DNA from: Antedon mediterranea
Lineage: Eukaryota > Animalia > Echinodermata
DNA length: 64,000 bases
Reading direction: 5' to 3'
Assembly (NCBI RefSeq): GCF_964355755.1
Contig: NC_092674.1
Coordinates: 8,370,001-8,434,000 of the forward strand
Below the pieces are notes generated by a model. That model was not told the DNA's origin. It worked only from the letters and a program-made list of their open reading frames with translations, and did no database searches. The position numbers and the translations under genes are program-made. Shown one piece after another: positions 39,389 to 49,545 of this stretch. Each line of letters starts with the position of its first letter. Positions within the stretch are counted from its first letter, which is position 1.

Positions 39389-39725
39389 ATCACTTAATTT
39401 TACTTTTAAGAAATGTTGGCATGACAATGTATTTTTATATGGAAATAGGTTTTATATGCACTCATAAATATTTATTGTATCCGTATTATTAGGATAATTA
39501 TTGATGAAAGAAAGACACACCAGAGTTTAAGCCAATGCTACTTTAATTTTGTTTACAATCACTTAATTTTACTTTTAAGAAATGTTGGCATGACAATGTA
39601 TTTTTATATGGAAATAGGTTTTATATGCACTCATAAATATTTATTGTATCCGTATTAGGATAATTATTGATGAAAGAAAGACACACCAGAGTTTAAGCCA
39701 ATGCTACTTTAATTTTGTTTACAAT
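39389..39725. repeat. Tandem duplication, ~169-bp unit x2
   Basis: Units start at 39389 and 39558; the only difference seen is a 3-nt indel (ATTATTAGG vs ATTAGG). Confidence 0.9.
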
Positions 39726-40078
39726 GCGTCCGCAATTTGAAGTTTCACCCATGTGTTGTCCGTGTATGTGATACCATTGTGTTGTTGAATTGCCCTTTTT
39801 AAAATAAACTATACGGTATTATATTTTGTATTACCATTTTTCTTACATTGCCTTTTGACGAACTAAGGAGACTTCATATTCCAATTTTATTTAAAAACGT
39901 GATTTAAAACGCTTCATCGCCGTACTGTAAGTTTTCTACACTATCAAACTTTATTTGACAAAAAATGTGATGTGCCCATATATGGAGATGATGATGCCAT
40001 AGCACTACCATATTGGGAATATTTCACTACCATTGCCACTCATTATTCCTGGGCCGTGTATGTGCGTCTTAATTATAA

Positions 40079-40470
40079 AGCTCTGTCTACACTATCCAAC
40101 TTATAGTTTGTCAAAACAAGTGTGAAGTGCCCAAATATGGTAGTGATATGACATCATTCATTCATTCATTCATTTATTTGATCAAAATCACATAAAAACA
40201 AGTAAAAAAGGTTCATGAATAAAACAGTATAAAAACAACATATAAAGAGATAGAAAGGGGGAGAAAAAGTGATTTCGATCAGGATCGTCCAAGAAAAGCA
40301 ATAACTCAGGTTTATTTCCATTGGGGTCCTTGAGGTAAAAAAAGTTTAAAAAGTTAAAAATAAGTTTAGATGCTATGCCGTTTCGATGCGAGATTGTTTT
40401 TAACTAAATTTCTCCATATATGGGCACATCACATTTTTGTCACATAAAGTGTTATAGTGTAGACAGAGCT
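40079..40470. mobile_element. MITE family A interrupted by a LINE 3' fragment (~40157-40411)
   Basis: TIRs with a TAA TSD; the core is split by an insert beginning (ATTC)n TTTATT. A partial sibling copy lies at ~39929-40032. Confidence 0.8.
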
Positions 40471-40579
40471 TAATGAAGAACTCACTTAATATAAATGTTC
40501 CTAATCCATTTTAGTTTCTTTCCTTTTCTTTTTATATAGACCTATAATTTATTTTTCTTTACAATGATGTAACCGTACA

Positions 40580-41267
40580 TGTGCTGACCTCACGAGCTTG
40601 AACCGTCAAACTCGCTATTCAGTAGATAAACCCAATCCACGACAAAAAATACTGCAACACAATCACTTGTTGACTGACTCTTTAATACAGCAAATTCAGC
40701 CATAAACAGGGTGAACTGAAATTAAGCATACTTAAATCCAGCTCCAAATAGTAATAATAAACATAACATAAATATAAAACTATCTGCAAAACAGATCAAA
40801 CGTAGCGCCCTCTTACGGAGGTGTACATGCCTAAAGAACATATTAAACAAGTCATCAAATAATCAACAGCGCCCTCATACGGACGTACTACTTCTATAGA
40901 TACGGCATACAAAATAGAACACCGCCCTCTACACGGAGACTCGTGTTTATCGCCATGCTGTTCAAGCGATCGTATACGATTCAATCTACGCAGGCCTAGG
41001 CCTACGACCACAATGTAGTATAGCATTAATAATCTAGGCCACTACTGTGGTTCATATAATTCTAATTATTGTAATATAATACTCTAACAACTTACAAGCA
41101 ATGTGCGGCCTACTAGTTTAGTAAATTACACACTATCTCGGCACAATAAGACATTTAGAAGCCGAACTCTAGAACACATGTAGTCAATGCGAAACTTATA
41201 ACATGGATCCTATTTACATACGCCCTCTCTCGGAAAGGAACGATGCAGCTAAAATAGGAGCAACACA
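40580..41267 (-). repeat. 3' LTR of the BEL/Pao element
   Basis: No difference seen by eye from 47097-47784. Confidence 0.96.
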
Positions 41268-41377
41268 CTCCCCGTCTGGTATCTAAAGGATACCATTCAT
41301 ATCAAAAAGTTAAAACATAAACAAAATAACAAAGGAATATGACATAATGTTCATTATAATAATGTTCAATGTAACTC

Positions 41378-44300
41378 TTAAGGAGTCGGCATTATCAGTA
41401 CCAATTCACTAATCGGTCTTGCAAAGGTTTTCAGTTCTCCACCTCTATAAACAGTCACTTCCACTCTCCTAACTCGTCCGTCTGATCCTTCAATTGCTTT
41501 AACGATTCGTCCCAAAGGCCAATCATTTCTGACGGTGTCTTTCTCCTTTAGAAGAACAATATCTCCTTCCTTTATATTCCTCTTTTCATGTTGCCACTTG
41601 CTTCTGTTCTGAAGTGTAGGGATATAGTCTCTTTTCCATTTTGCCCAAAATTTGTTAGCCAAGTGCTGTACCGTTCGCCACTGCTTACCATACAAATCAG
41701 CATTACAAAACGCTCCAGGAGGTGCTGCGAATGGTTGAGACTTTTGAGTAAGTAGAGTGTTTGGTGATATTATTTGTGGTGATTCAGGATCAGTAGAGAC
41801 TTCTACTAAGGGTCGTGCATTAATAATTCCTGATACTTCTGCCATTAGTGTTACCAGGACTTCGTGGGTTAACTTGGTTTCTCCAAGATCTCTAAACATA
41901 CCATCTATAATCTTCCTTGCTACTCCAATCATACGTTCCCAACTTCCTCCCATATGGGATGCATGAGGCGGGTTGAACACCCACTCACATTCACGGGTCA
42001 ATAGATAGCGTTTAATTTTATCTTGTCCTTCTTTCTGAATACTTTCACCCAAGATATTGCACGCACCAACAAAATTCGTCCCACAATCTGACCGTAGTTG
42101 TTTCGCAGGACCTCTTATCGCAAAGAATCTTCTAAGGGCGTTCAAGCAGCTTGAGGTATCCATACACTCTATCACCTCTATATGGACAGCCCGACTACAC
42201 ATGCAAGTAAACAAAATGGCCCATCGTTTTCCGTTTGCTTGTCCACCCCTTGTGCGCCGTGTTCGTACCATCCAAGGACCGAATACGTCAAGCCCTACAT
42301 ATGTGAATGGGGGAGCTGATGTTAAGCGTTCCTTAGGTAAATCAGCCATTTTCTGTGTCTCTTGCTTTCCTCTTTGCTTCTTGCAAACTACACACTTTCC
42401 AAGCTCCTTTGAGATTGACCTCTTGCCACCTATTATCCAGAAGCCTTCACTACGTATTCTGCCATGTGTTAGGTGTCTGCCTTGGTGTTGAACTTGTTGG
42501 TGGTAGTGGCGGATGATTAATGTTGTGACATGGTGATGTTTGGGAAGAATCATAGGATGCGCTCCTTCTTCGGCTAGTCCCATTTCTAAACGTCCTCCAA
42601 CTCGCATGACTCCCTCGTTATCCAAATAAGGTGTAAGCTTTACTAACGTACTTGTCTTGGGAAGATGTTTTCCATTCTTCATGTGATTGATTTCAGCTGT
42701 GAATTCATCAAGTTGAGCACATTTTACTACAATCTGTTTTGCCTTGATCAATACAGGTGGTGGAATCATGCATACATGCCACCCACTACAGTCTTTTTTC
42801 TTGGTTTCTGTGAACGTACAAGCAATATGCACAAGACTTCCAATTGCTCGCACAAGATTTCCCCAATTCGAAAATCTGCTAAATCGCTCGGATCCCAATG
42901 ATTTGGCTGACTGAACTTCTGTAGCACTGGCAGCTACGACAGGTCTTACTTCGGGATCCTCTTCAATTTCACTGATGTCCCAGACCGTTGTGTTTCTCTC
43001 ACACGAGTTCTTATTAAGTAGGAATCTTGGTCCTTGAATCCATGCCGAGTTCTGTAAGTCTTTAGCCTTTATGGATCTTGTAGCTTGATCGGCTGGGTTT
43101 ATGTCTGTTTTAACATATTTCCATTGTTCTGGTTTGGTCGACTGAAGAATCTGTTCCACTCTGTTCGCCACGTACATATAGAACTTACGGGTTTTATTTC
43201 TGATATAACCGAGAACGACCTTGCTATCGGTGTAAAAATGTGTGGCATCCAACTTAAAATCCAATTCAGTCTTAACACATTTTGCGACTTCTGCGGCAAG
43301 TACTGCTCCGCACAACTCTAAGCGTGGTATTGATGTCGCAGCTTTAGGTGCTAGCTTTGCCTTTCCAACAACAAAACTCAAGTGAACTTCTCCCACTTTA
43401 TCAGTAATTCTGAGGTAAGACACAGCGCCAATGGCTGTGTTAGAAGCATCAGAGAATGTGTGGAGTTCTCTCTGGATGGACTGGTTTGATGGAAATGATG
43501 TATAAGGACGAGGAATCAGAACATCTGACAGTTGAACTATGGAGCTTCGCCACTTCTGCCATGAATCATGTAGCTGTTTCGGTAATGGCTCATCCCAATC
43601 TATGCATTGATCCTTTGTCATTTCCCTTAACAGCCTTCTTCCCTCTATAATGACGGGTGACGCAAAGCCGATTGGGTCATATATGCTGTTGATTTCTGAC
43701 AGCACTCCTCGCTTAGTGAATGCCTTGCTGCTAACCTCCGTAATAGAGAAAGTAAAGGCATCTGACTTGACATCCCACAGTACCCCTAATGACCTTTGCG
43801 TAAGAGGAGCGTCAGATCCGAGTTCGAGGTTGCACATGTTACTTGCTACATCTTGAGGTGAGAAAGCCGCTATCACTTTTGCATCGTTTGAGACAATTTT
43901 ATGTAATCGTAAATTAGCTGTGGCTAACATGGCTTGTGTGCGCTTGAGCAGGTCGATCGCCTCATCTGAAGTAGCTAAAGACTTCAGCCCATCATCGACA
44001 TAAAAATTCTTCTCCACGAACTCTCTTGCATCTGCGCCAAACTCGCTCTCTCCTTCTTGTGCAGTCTTTCTCAGTCCTAGCGTAGCAACAGCTGGAGAAG
44101 GTTTGTTTCCGAAGATGTGAACTTTCATCCGATACGTTCTCAATACTTTGCTGGGGTCGTTGTCTTCGAACCACAGGAACCGAAGATAATCTCTGTGTTC
44201 TTCCACGACTTGAAATGAGTAGAACATTTGCTCAATGTCTGCTACAAACGCCACAGGATCCTGCCTGAACCGTATCAATACACCAAGCAACCCATTTACC

Positions 44301-47086
44301 AGATCTGGTCCACTCATTAACACGTTGTTAAGTGATGTATCTTGGAATTGCGCACTGGAATCAAAAACCACCCGGATCTTCCCTGGCTTTTGTGGATGGT
44401 ACACACCAAAATGTGGTAAATACCAGCACTCTTCATCATGACTGTCATCTTCGACGAGCTCAGCATGTTGCTTTGAGAATACTTTCTCCATGAACGCTAA
44501 GTAGTGAGCTTTCATCTCTGGCTTCTTATCCAGTGTGCGAATAAGAGACTGCATACGATTCATTGCTTGCTGCTTGTTGTTGGGTAACCTTTTTCTTTCT
44601 TCTCGAAAAGGAAGTGGGGCTATCCAATTTCCTTGTTCACCTCGTTTCATCTCTTTTCCCATAAGTTTCACGAACTCCACATCTTCTCTGGACATTCCAT
44701 ACTTCTCGTCATCTTCTTTCTGTTGGAATACATTACCACCGAGTACGTCACAGCTGCGTTGCAGGGTTATTTCCTTCGCATTGATCATTCCTTTACAAGT
44801 TGTAAACATGGCGGATGGCCTACCATTTCTCAAAACTTTTATATGGTTTCTGTTGGCGGTGACAACATTCTTTTGGTGGGCTCCCCCTAAGCAGACGTCG
44901 CCAATAACCATCCAGCCTAGATCAAGTCGTTGGCCCCATGGAGAGTGATTTGGTCCATTGCGTACTTCTCGGACTTTATGAGCTTGAGCAGCATCTCGGC
45001 CGAGCAGTATGGTAATATTTGCATTTTCATCCAAGGGTGGTATCTTGTCCGCAATATCCTTCAAGTGAGGAAAATTGCTGGCTGTCTCTGGAGTGGGAAT
45101 TTCTGCCTTGTTTCCAGGTATGTCATTACATTCAAGTAGCGATGGGGCTGCTATTCTTGTTTTACCATCCATGGACTCAATTATCAGCTTCTCCAGTTTT
45201 CGGCCTTGAACTTCAGCCGCTCCCGAACAGGTCTTCAAAGTATACGACGTAAGTTTTGCATTGATATTAAAAAGGTCGAATACCTCACTCTTGGCCAACG
45301 AGCGATTGCTTTGGTCGTCTAGTATAATGTAGGTTTTTATGAAAGTGTTAGGATGGTCTTCTAAATATATTTTTGCTAAACAAATTTTAGCACATGATCG
45401 GCTCAGCCCAATTCCACCGCAGACATCCGTACATGTAGTACTTACTACTTTGTCTCTTTCCTTCGTCTTCTGCGACTCTGTCCCCTGCTCCCCGCCATTT
45501 GCCTTCTCACCTTTCGCCTTTTGCTCCATTTTTACTTGCTCCCCGCCATTTGCCTTTTGCTCCGCTTTTACTTGTTCCCCGCCATTCGCCTTCTGCAAAC
45601 GGTCACCATGGAATACAGTCGGATGACGATCACTACCGCATTCTCCACACCTGACATTTCTATCACAATTCCTAGCCATGTGTGATGTAGACGAGAGACA
45701 TCGGAAACATACTTGGTTTTCCTTAAGGAATGACTTCTTAGCAGCATAAGTCTTGGCCAGAAAGTTTCTACAGTCTACCAACGGATGCTGACCATTGTGT
45801 AGCGGACACATCCCTTCAGATTTATTCACCTCAGTCATTCTCACATTTACAGTTGAACGTTGCGTGGTCTTAGGACGGTAACCTGTCTGTGTACGGTAGT
45901 TTCCCGGTGTATCAGTTTTGACCTCATCAACAGTTCCTCTTGGGACATCAGGATCACGTTGGATGTGAGCCATCTCACTTAGAAACTCTGTGAAAATGCT
46001 GAAATTCGGGAACGTTTTCATTTTCCTTTTATGTTTTGCGACCTTTTCTCTCCATTTATTAATTATGAAGTGTGGTAACTTCTCTACAATTGGTTTAATA
46101 CCATGAGGAGTGTTTAACATAATCAGATGGGGTAGCTCCTGCATTTGAGCAACTGCGTCTCCACACAAATCAGCCAGTTCTTGGAGTGCGGTCAAATCAC
46201 CTGCTTTGAATCTTCTGTATTTGGTAAGTCTCAGGATGATTTCAGCTGATATTAAGGTTTGGTTCCCGAACCTGTCTTCTAGCTCAGTCCAGGCCTCATG
46301 ATAGGCCTTGTCAACATCTTCAACATGCCTTAGTCTGAATCGATCAACCAAAACTTTTGCTTCGCCAGTAGTATATTTACACAGGAATGACAGCTTTTCA
46401 ACAGTGTCCACACAGGCTGTTTTCACCATAGCTTCAAAGGATCTTTTCCACGGAAGAAACATTATTGGATCCCCAGAGTAAATGTCCGGTTCTTGCAAGG
46501 GTAATCGCTGACGTGCCAGTATTCGAATGTACTCCTGCATATGATTTGGTTCGTAAGATCTAGCTCCAGGATTAAGAGTAGATGTTGGTACCTCTACAGC
46601 ATTGTTTAGATAATTTTCTACCCGCTGACTGGGTTCCATCTTTGGAAGTTCGTTAAGCACCTCTGCCATTCTTTGACTGGGTACTGCATCTTGGGGTGCG
46701 CCTTGCACCTCTTCCATCTGGTTATTGCTTTCTAACTGTGAAAGCTCTTCCTCAATATCTTCAAAAGATATATGTTGCAATTCTGCTTGAAGGACATTGG
46801 CTCTAGCCTGTGCTGCAGCCATTTCTTCTTCTTTCTCTACTTCGTCTATGTCTAACATAGCTTTAGCTGCTTCCATTTCAGCCTTCAACGCCTCTAACTT
46901 GGCGGCACTCTTCTTCTTCGAAAATGTAACCCGAGCTTTTGCTACAGCAGCATCAGCACGAGCTTGTGCAGCAGATACTTCTAATGATGACACTGACTGC
47001 GATGATGCCTTCGATCTATGGCTCCTTGACCCTATTGACCTTGCTTCATCTCTCGCACCATCACGTCTTCTACTAGAAGTCGACAT
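41378..47086 (-). CDS. BEL/Pao Gag-Pol polyprotein (1902 aa)
   Basis: Three Gag zinc knuckles (CPLH...C; CFRC...H...C; CGEC...HPTVFH), protease ILDDQS, RT (YLPHFGV, KIRVVFD, DIEQMF, YVDD), RNase H (FSDAS, SIPRLELCGA, TDSKVVL), and integrase (H-H-C-C, GLDVFGP, SDCGTNF, WERM), in PR-RT-RH-IN order. Confidence 0.97.
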   Translation of the reverse strand: MSTSSRRRDGARDEARSIGSRSHRSKASSQSVSSLEVSAAQARADAAVAKARVTFSKKKSAAKLEALKAEMEAAKAMLDIDEVEKEEEMAAAQARANVLQAELQHISFEDIEEELSQLESNNQMEEVQGAPQDAVPSQRMAEVLNELPKMEPSQRVENYLNNAVEVPTSTLNPGARSYEPNHMQEYIRILARQRLPLQEPDIYSGDPIMFLPWKRSFEAMVKTACVDTVEKLSFLCKYTTGEAKVLVDRFRLRHVEDVDKAYHEAWTELEDRFGNQTLISAEIILRLTKYRRFKAGDLTALQELADLCGDAVAQMQELPHLIMLNTPHGIKPIVEKLPHFIINKWREKVAKHKRKMKTFPNFSIFTEFLSEMAHIQRDPDVPRGTVDEVKTDTPGNYRTQTGYRPKTTQRSTVNVRMTEVNKSEGMCPLHNGQHPLVDCRNFLAKTYAAKKSFLKENQVCFRCLSSTSHMARNCDRNVRCGECGSDRHPTVFHGDRLQKANGGEQVKAEQKANGGEQVKMEQKAKGEKANGGEQGTESQKTKERDKVVSTTCTDVCGGIGLSRSCAKICLAKIYLEDHPNTFIKTYIILDDQSNRSLAKSEVFDLFNINAKLTSYTLKTCSGAAEVQGRKLEKLIIESMDGKTRIAAPSLLECNDIPGNKAEIPTPETASNFPHLKDIADKIPPLDENANITILLGRDAAQAHKVREVRNGPNHSPWGQRLDLGWMVIGDVCLGGAHQKNVVTANRNHIKVLRNGRPSAMFTTCKGMINAKEITLQRSCDVLGGNVFQQKEDDEKYGMSREDVEFVKLMGKEMKRGEQGNWIAPLPFREERKRLPNNKQQAMNRMQSLIRTLDKKPEMKAHYLAFMEKVFSKQHAELVEDDSHDEECWYLPHFGVYHPQKPGKIRVVFDSSAQFQDTSLNNVLMSGPDLVNGLLGVLIRFRQDPVAFVADIEQMFYSFQVVEEHRDYLRFLWFEDNDPSKVLRTYRMKVHIFGNKPSPAVATLGLRKTAQEGESEFGADAREFVEKNFYVDDGLKSLATSDEAIDLLKRTQAMLATANLRLHKIVSNDAKVIAAFSPQDVASNMCNLELGSDAPLTQRSLGVLWDVKSDAFTFSITEVSSKAFTKRGVLSEINSIYDPIGFASPVIIEGRRLLREMTKDQCIDWDEPLPKQLHDSWQKWRSSIVQLSDVLIPRPYTSFPSNQSIQRELHTFSDASNTAIGAVSYLRITDKVGEVHLSFVVGKAKLAPKAATSIPRLELCGAVLAAEVAKCVKTELDFKLDATHFYTDSKVVLGYIRNKTRKFYMYVANRVEQILQSTKPEQWKYVKTDINPADQATRSIKAKDLQNSAWIQGPRFLLNKNSCERNTTVWDISEIEEDPEVRPVVAASATEVQSAKSLGSERFSRFSNWGNLVRAIGSLVHIACTFTETKKKDCSGWHVCMIPPPVLIKAKQIVVKCAQLDEFTAEINHMKNGKHLPKTSTLVKLTPYLDNEGVMRVGGRLEMGLAEEGAHPMILPKHHHVTTLIIRHYHQQVQHQGRHLTHGRIRSEGFWIIGGKRSISKELGKCVVCKKQRGKQETQKMADLPKERLTSAPPFTYVGLDVFGPWMVRTRRTRGGQANGKRWAILFTCMCSRAVHIEVIECMDTSSCLNALRRFFAIRGPAKQLRSDCGTNFVGACNILGESIQKEGQDKIKRYLLTRECEWVFNPPHASHMGGSWERMIGVARKIIDGMFRDLGETKLTHEVLVTLMAEVSGIINARPLVEVSTDPESPQIISPNTLLTQKSQPFAAPPGAFCNADLYGKQWRTVQHLANKFWAKWKRDYIPTLQNRSKWQHEKRNIKEGDIVLLKEKDTVRNDWPLGRIVKAIEGSDGRVRRVEVTVYRGGELKTFARPISELVLIMPTP

Positions 47087-47096
47087 TGCTTTTCAC

Positions 47097-47784
47097 TGTG
47101 CTGACCTCACGAGCTTGAACCGTCAAACTCGCTATTCAGTAGATAAACCCAATCCACGACAAAAAATACTGCAACACAATCACTTGTTGACTGACTCTTT
47201 AATACAGCAAATTCAGCCATAAACAGGGTGAACTGAAATTAAGCATACTTAAATCCAGCTCCAAATAGTAATAATAAACATAACATAAATATAAAACTAT
47301 CTGCAAAACAGATCAAACGTAGCGCCCTCTTACGGAGGTGTACATGCCTAAAGAACATATTAAACAAGTCATCAAATAATCAACAGCGCCCTCATACGGA
47401 CGTACTACTTCTATAGATACGGCATACAAAATAGAACACCGCCCTCTACACGGAGACTCGTGTTTATCGCCATGCTGTTCAAGCGATCGTATACGATTCA
47501 ATCTACGCAGGCCTAGGCCTACGACCACAATGTAGTATAGCATTAATAATCTAGGCCACTACTGTGGTTCATATAATTCTAATTATTGTAATATAATACT
47601 CTAACAACTTACAAGCAATGTGCGGCCTACTAGTTTAGTAAATTACACACTATCTCGGCACAATAAGACATTTAGAAGCCGAACTCTAGAACACATGTAG
47701 TCAATGCGAAACTTATAACATGGATCCTATTTACATACGCCCTCTCTCGGAAAGGAACGATGCAGCTAAAATAGGAGCAACACA
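47097..47784 (-). repeat. 5' LTR of the BEL/Pao element
   Basis: Direct repeat of 40580-41267 at offset 6517. Confidence 0.96.
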
Positions 47785-48599
47785 GTACAACAATCGTTTT
47801 TTTTTTGTGATTACTATTGCAGTATTGTATCTGATATCCATGATTATAAAAGCGCGAAGTATAACCGACCTATGGCGTGCAGACGGCGTCGAAACACATA
47901 GACGCCATAGATCTTGAACTTAATTGCTAATTAGACAAATCATTTTAATGGACGATTTATGGCGCGAAGTTAACCGTTATTAAGCATCTGAAATTAGCTA
48001 TTTAGATTTTAGAGCGATAAATATTACATTGTGCGGAATTTATTGTGTCCGTTATTCACGACTATGCAACGATCAGCATAGAAAAATGCACAACTGATCT
48101 GAAATAAATTAAGCGCTCGGAAACAGTACGAAATAATTGGCAGAACAACAGAGGGCGTGCTATTTAATATTTTGGCCCATATTGAAGATACAGAAAACTC
48201 GAAATTTTCTGTGATGTAACCAATGTATCGATTCCAATGAAAATCAACAGTTATGATATTTTGTAGGTCTTGTAAATTCAATAAGATAACTTGAACATTT
48301 CCACGTTATTGTGCACAAATTGCAAACAAACATTTAAAAAAGTAACCTTGCAAGTTTATTTTTTTTTTATCTAGCAATTGCTGACCCTCATAGGTTCACA
48401 AAACAAACATAACACAAGATGCTCACATGTCTTTGGGAGTGGAGTTGTAATGTTGTCCTTTGGAGGGGTATCCAAGCATCATAACCACCAAGCCACACCA
48501 CCACTACTTATTGAAATTAAATAATACGTTTATCATAGATTTAGTTTAACTGCGCTTCTTGCATATTATCACTTAACAGACTCGTGTCAGAGTGAGATA

Positions 48600-49545
48600 C
48601 CGACCGATGTATGCCAAAACCGTGGCTGTTCACGGTCAGTAGATTTCTATCAATGTTCGTTTGCAATTTGATGTCGGAGATGTAAAATTTGACACAAAGC
48701 ACAATACCTAGGTCATATTCTGTGCATGAGATTTAATTTAATTATTTGATGATAGCTGTTTGGATCTAAACCTTAGATAAATGCCAAGATTTAAACATGT
48801 TTGAACACGTTTTTAATACTGACAATTTTACTTTTAATTCATTCTCTCTTAGAACCATAGATGATCATGTTGTTGCAGATGCATACAATTTAGATTGTTT
48901 AAAATAATATAAACCAAAAGTCATTCTTTGAAGATTACACCAAGCTAAAAAAAAAGTCCTAGCCTTGAGTGTTATCTCCTTGATGAAACCAATTTCACAG
49001 GTGAAAGCTTAAAATTTAAAACAAGATCGAATACTTTACCCCTTGATAGACGAACCTGTAAATGGTCTAAAGAAATATCTGGCCACTGCACTATGTCAGA
49101 GTGGTGCAATAGAAAATATACAACATTTTTTATTTAATTGCCAAGCTGTAACCTTAATTCTATAAGAGAGATTGAAATTTTGGATGAGTCTGCAACATGG
49201 GAATATTTTATAAATGCTAATGGAATGAAAAAAACAATTTTAGTTTTAGGAGGGACATAACATGGTTCTTAGTAAAGCTGTCTTGGCAGCATTTGATAAA
49301 TATTGTAAACATTTTCTTGAAGTTGCCTGGGAAAAAAGATTTGAGTTAAAAAAGAGCTAATTTGCATTGTTGCAACAAAAAAACAGTTTAAAAAGTTTAA
49401 AAATTTAAAATTAAAAGTTAAGAAAAGCCTTTACTATTGTATTTGATGTCTATGTATCGTTGAGTGTACATACATACATGTTTGGTTTATAATGTTCATT
49501 TGTATGTAGTTTAATAATAAAGTAATAAAGTGTTTGTCAATAAAG
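48600..49545 (+). mobile_element. Decayed non-LTR retrotransposon 3' end (RTE-X-like, CCHC finger)
   Basis: Frameshifted fragments GESLKFKTRSNTLPLDRR, C..CQSGAIENIQHFLFNCQA and FDKYCKHFLEVAWEKR, followed by AATAAA repeats. The left boundary is uncertain. Confidence 0.65.

Larger units (their letters stand above)
40580..47784 (-). mobile_element. Full-length BEL/Pao LTR retrotransposon (7.2 kb)
   Basis: 688-bp direct LTRs with TGT...ACA ends, 5-bp TSD GTACA (40575-40579 and 47785-47789), polypurine tract AGACGGGGAG abutting the 3' LTR, and a single gag-pol ORF. Confidence 0.97.

Noticed and set aside
41757-47222. Plus-strand ORFs within the retrotransposon
   Set aside because: Antisense shadows of gag-pol with no recognisable motifs; no env-like ORF was seen.
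40796-47543. Two identical 76-aa ORFs as duplicated genes
   Set aside because: They are the same incidental ORF in the two LTRs.
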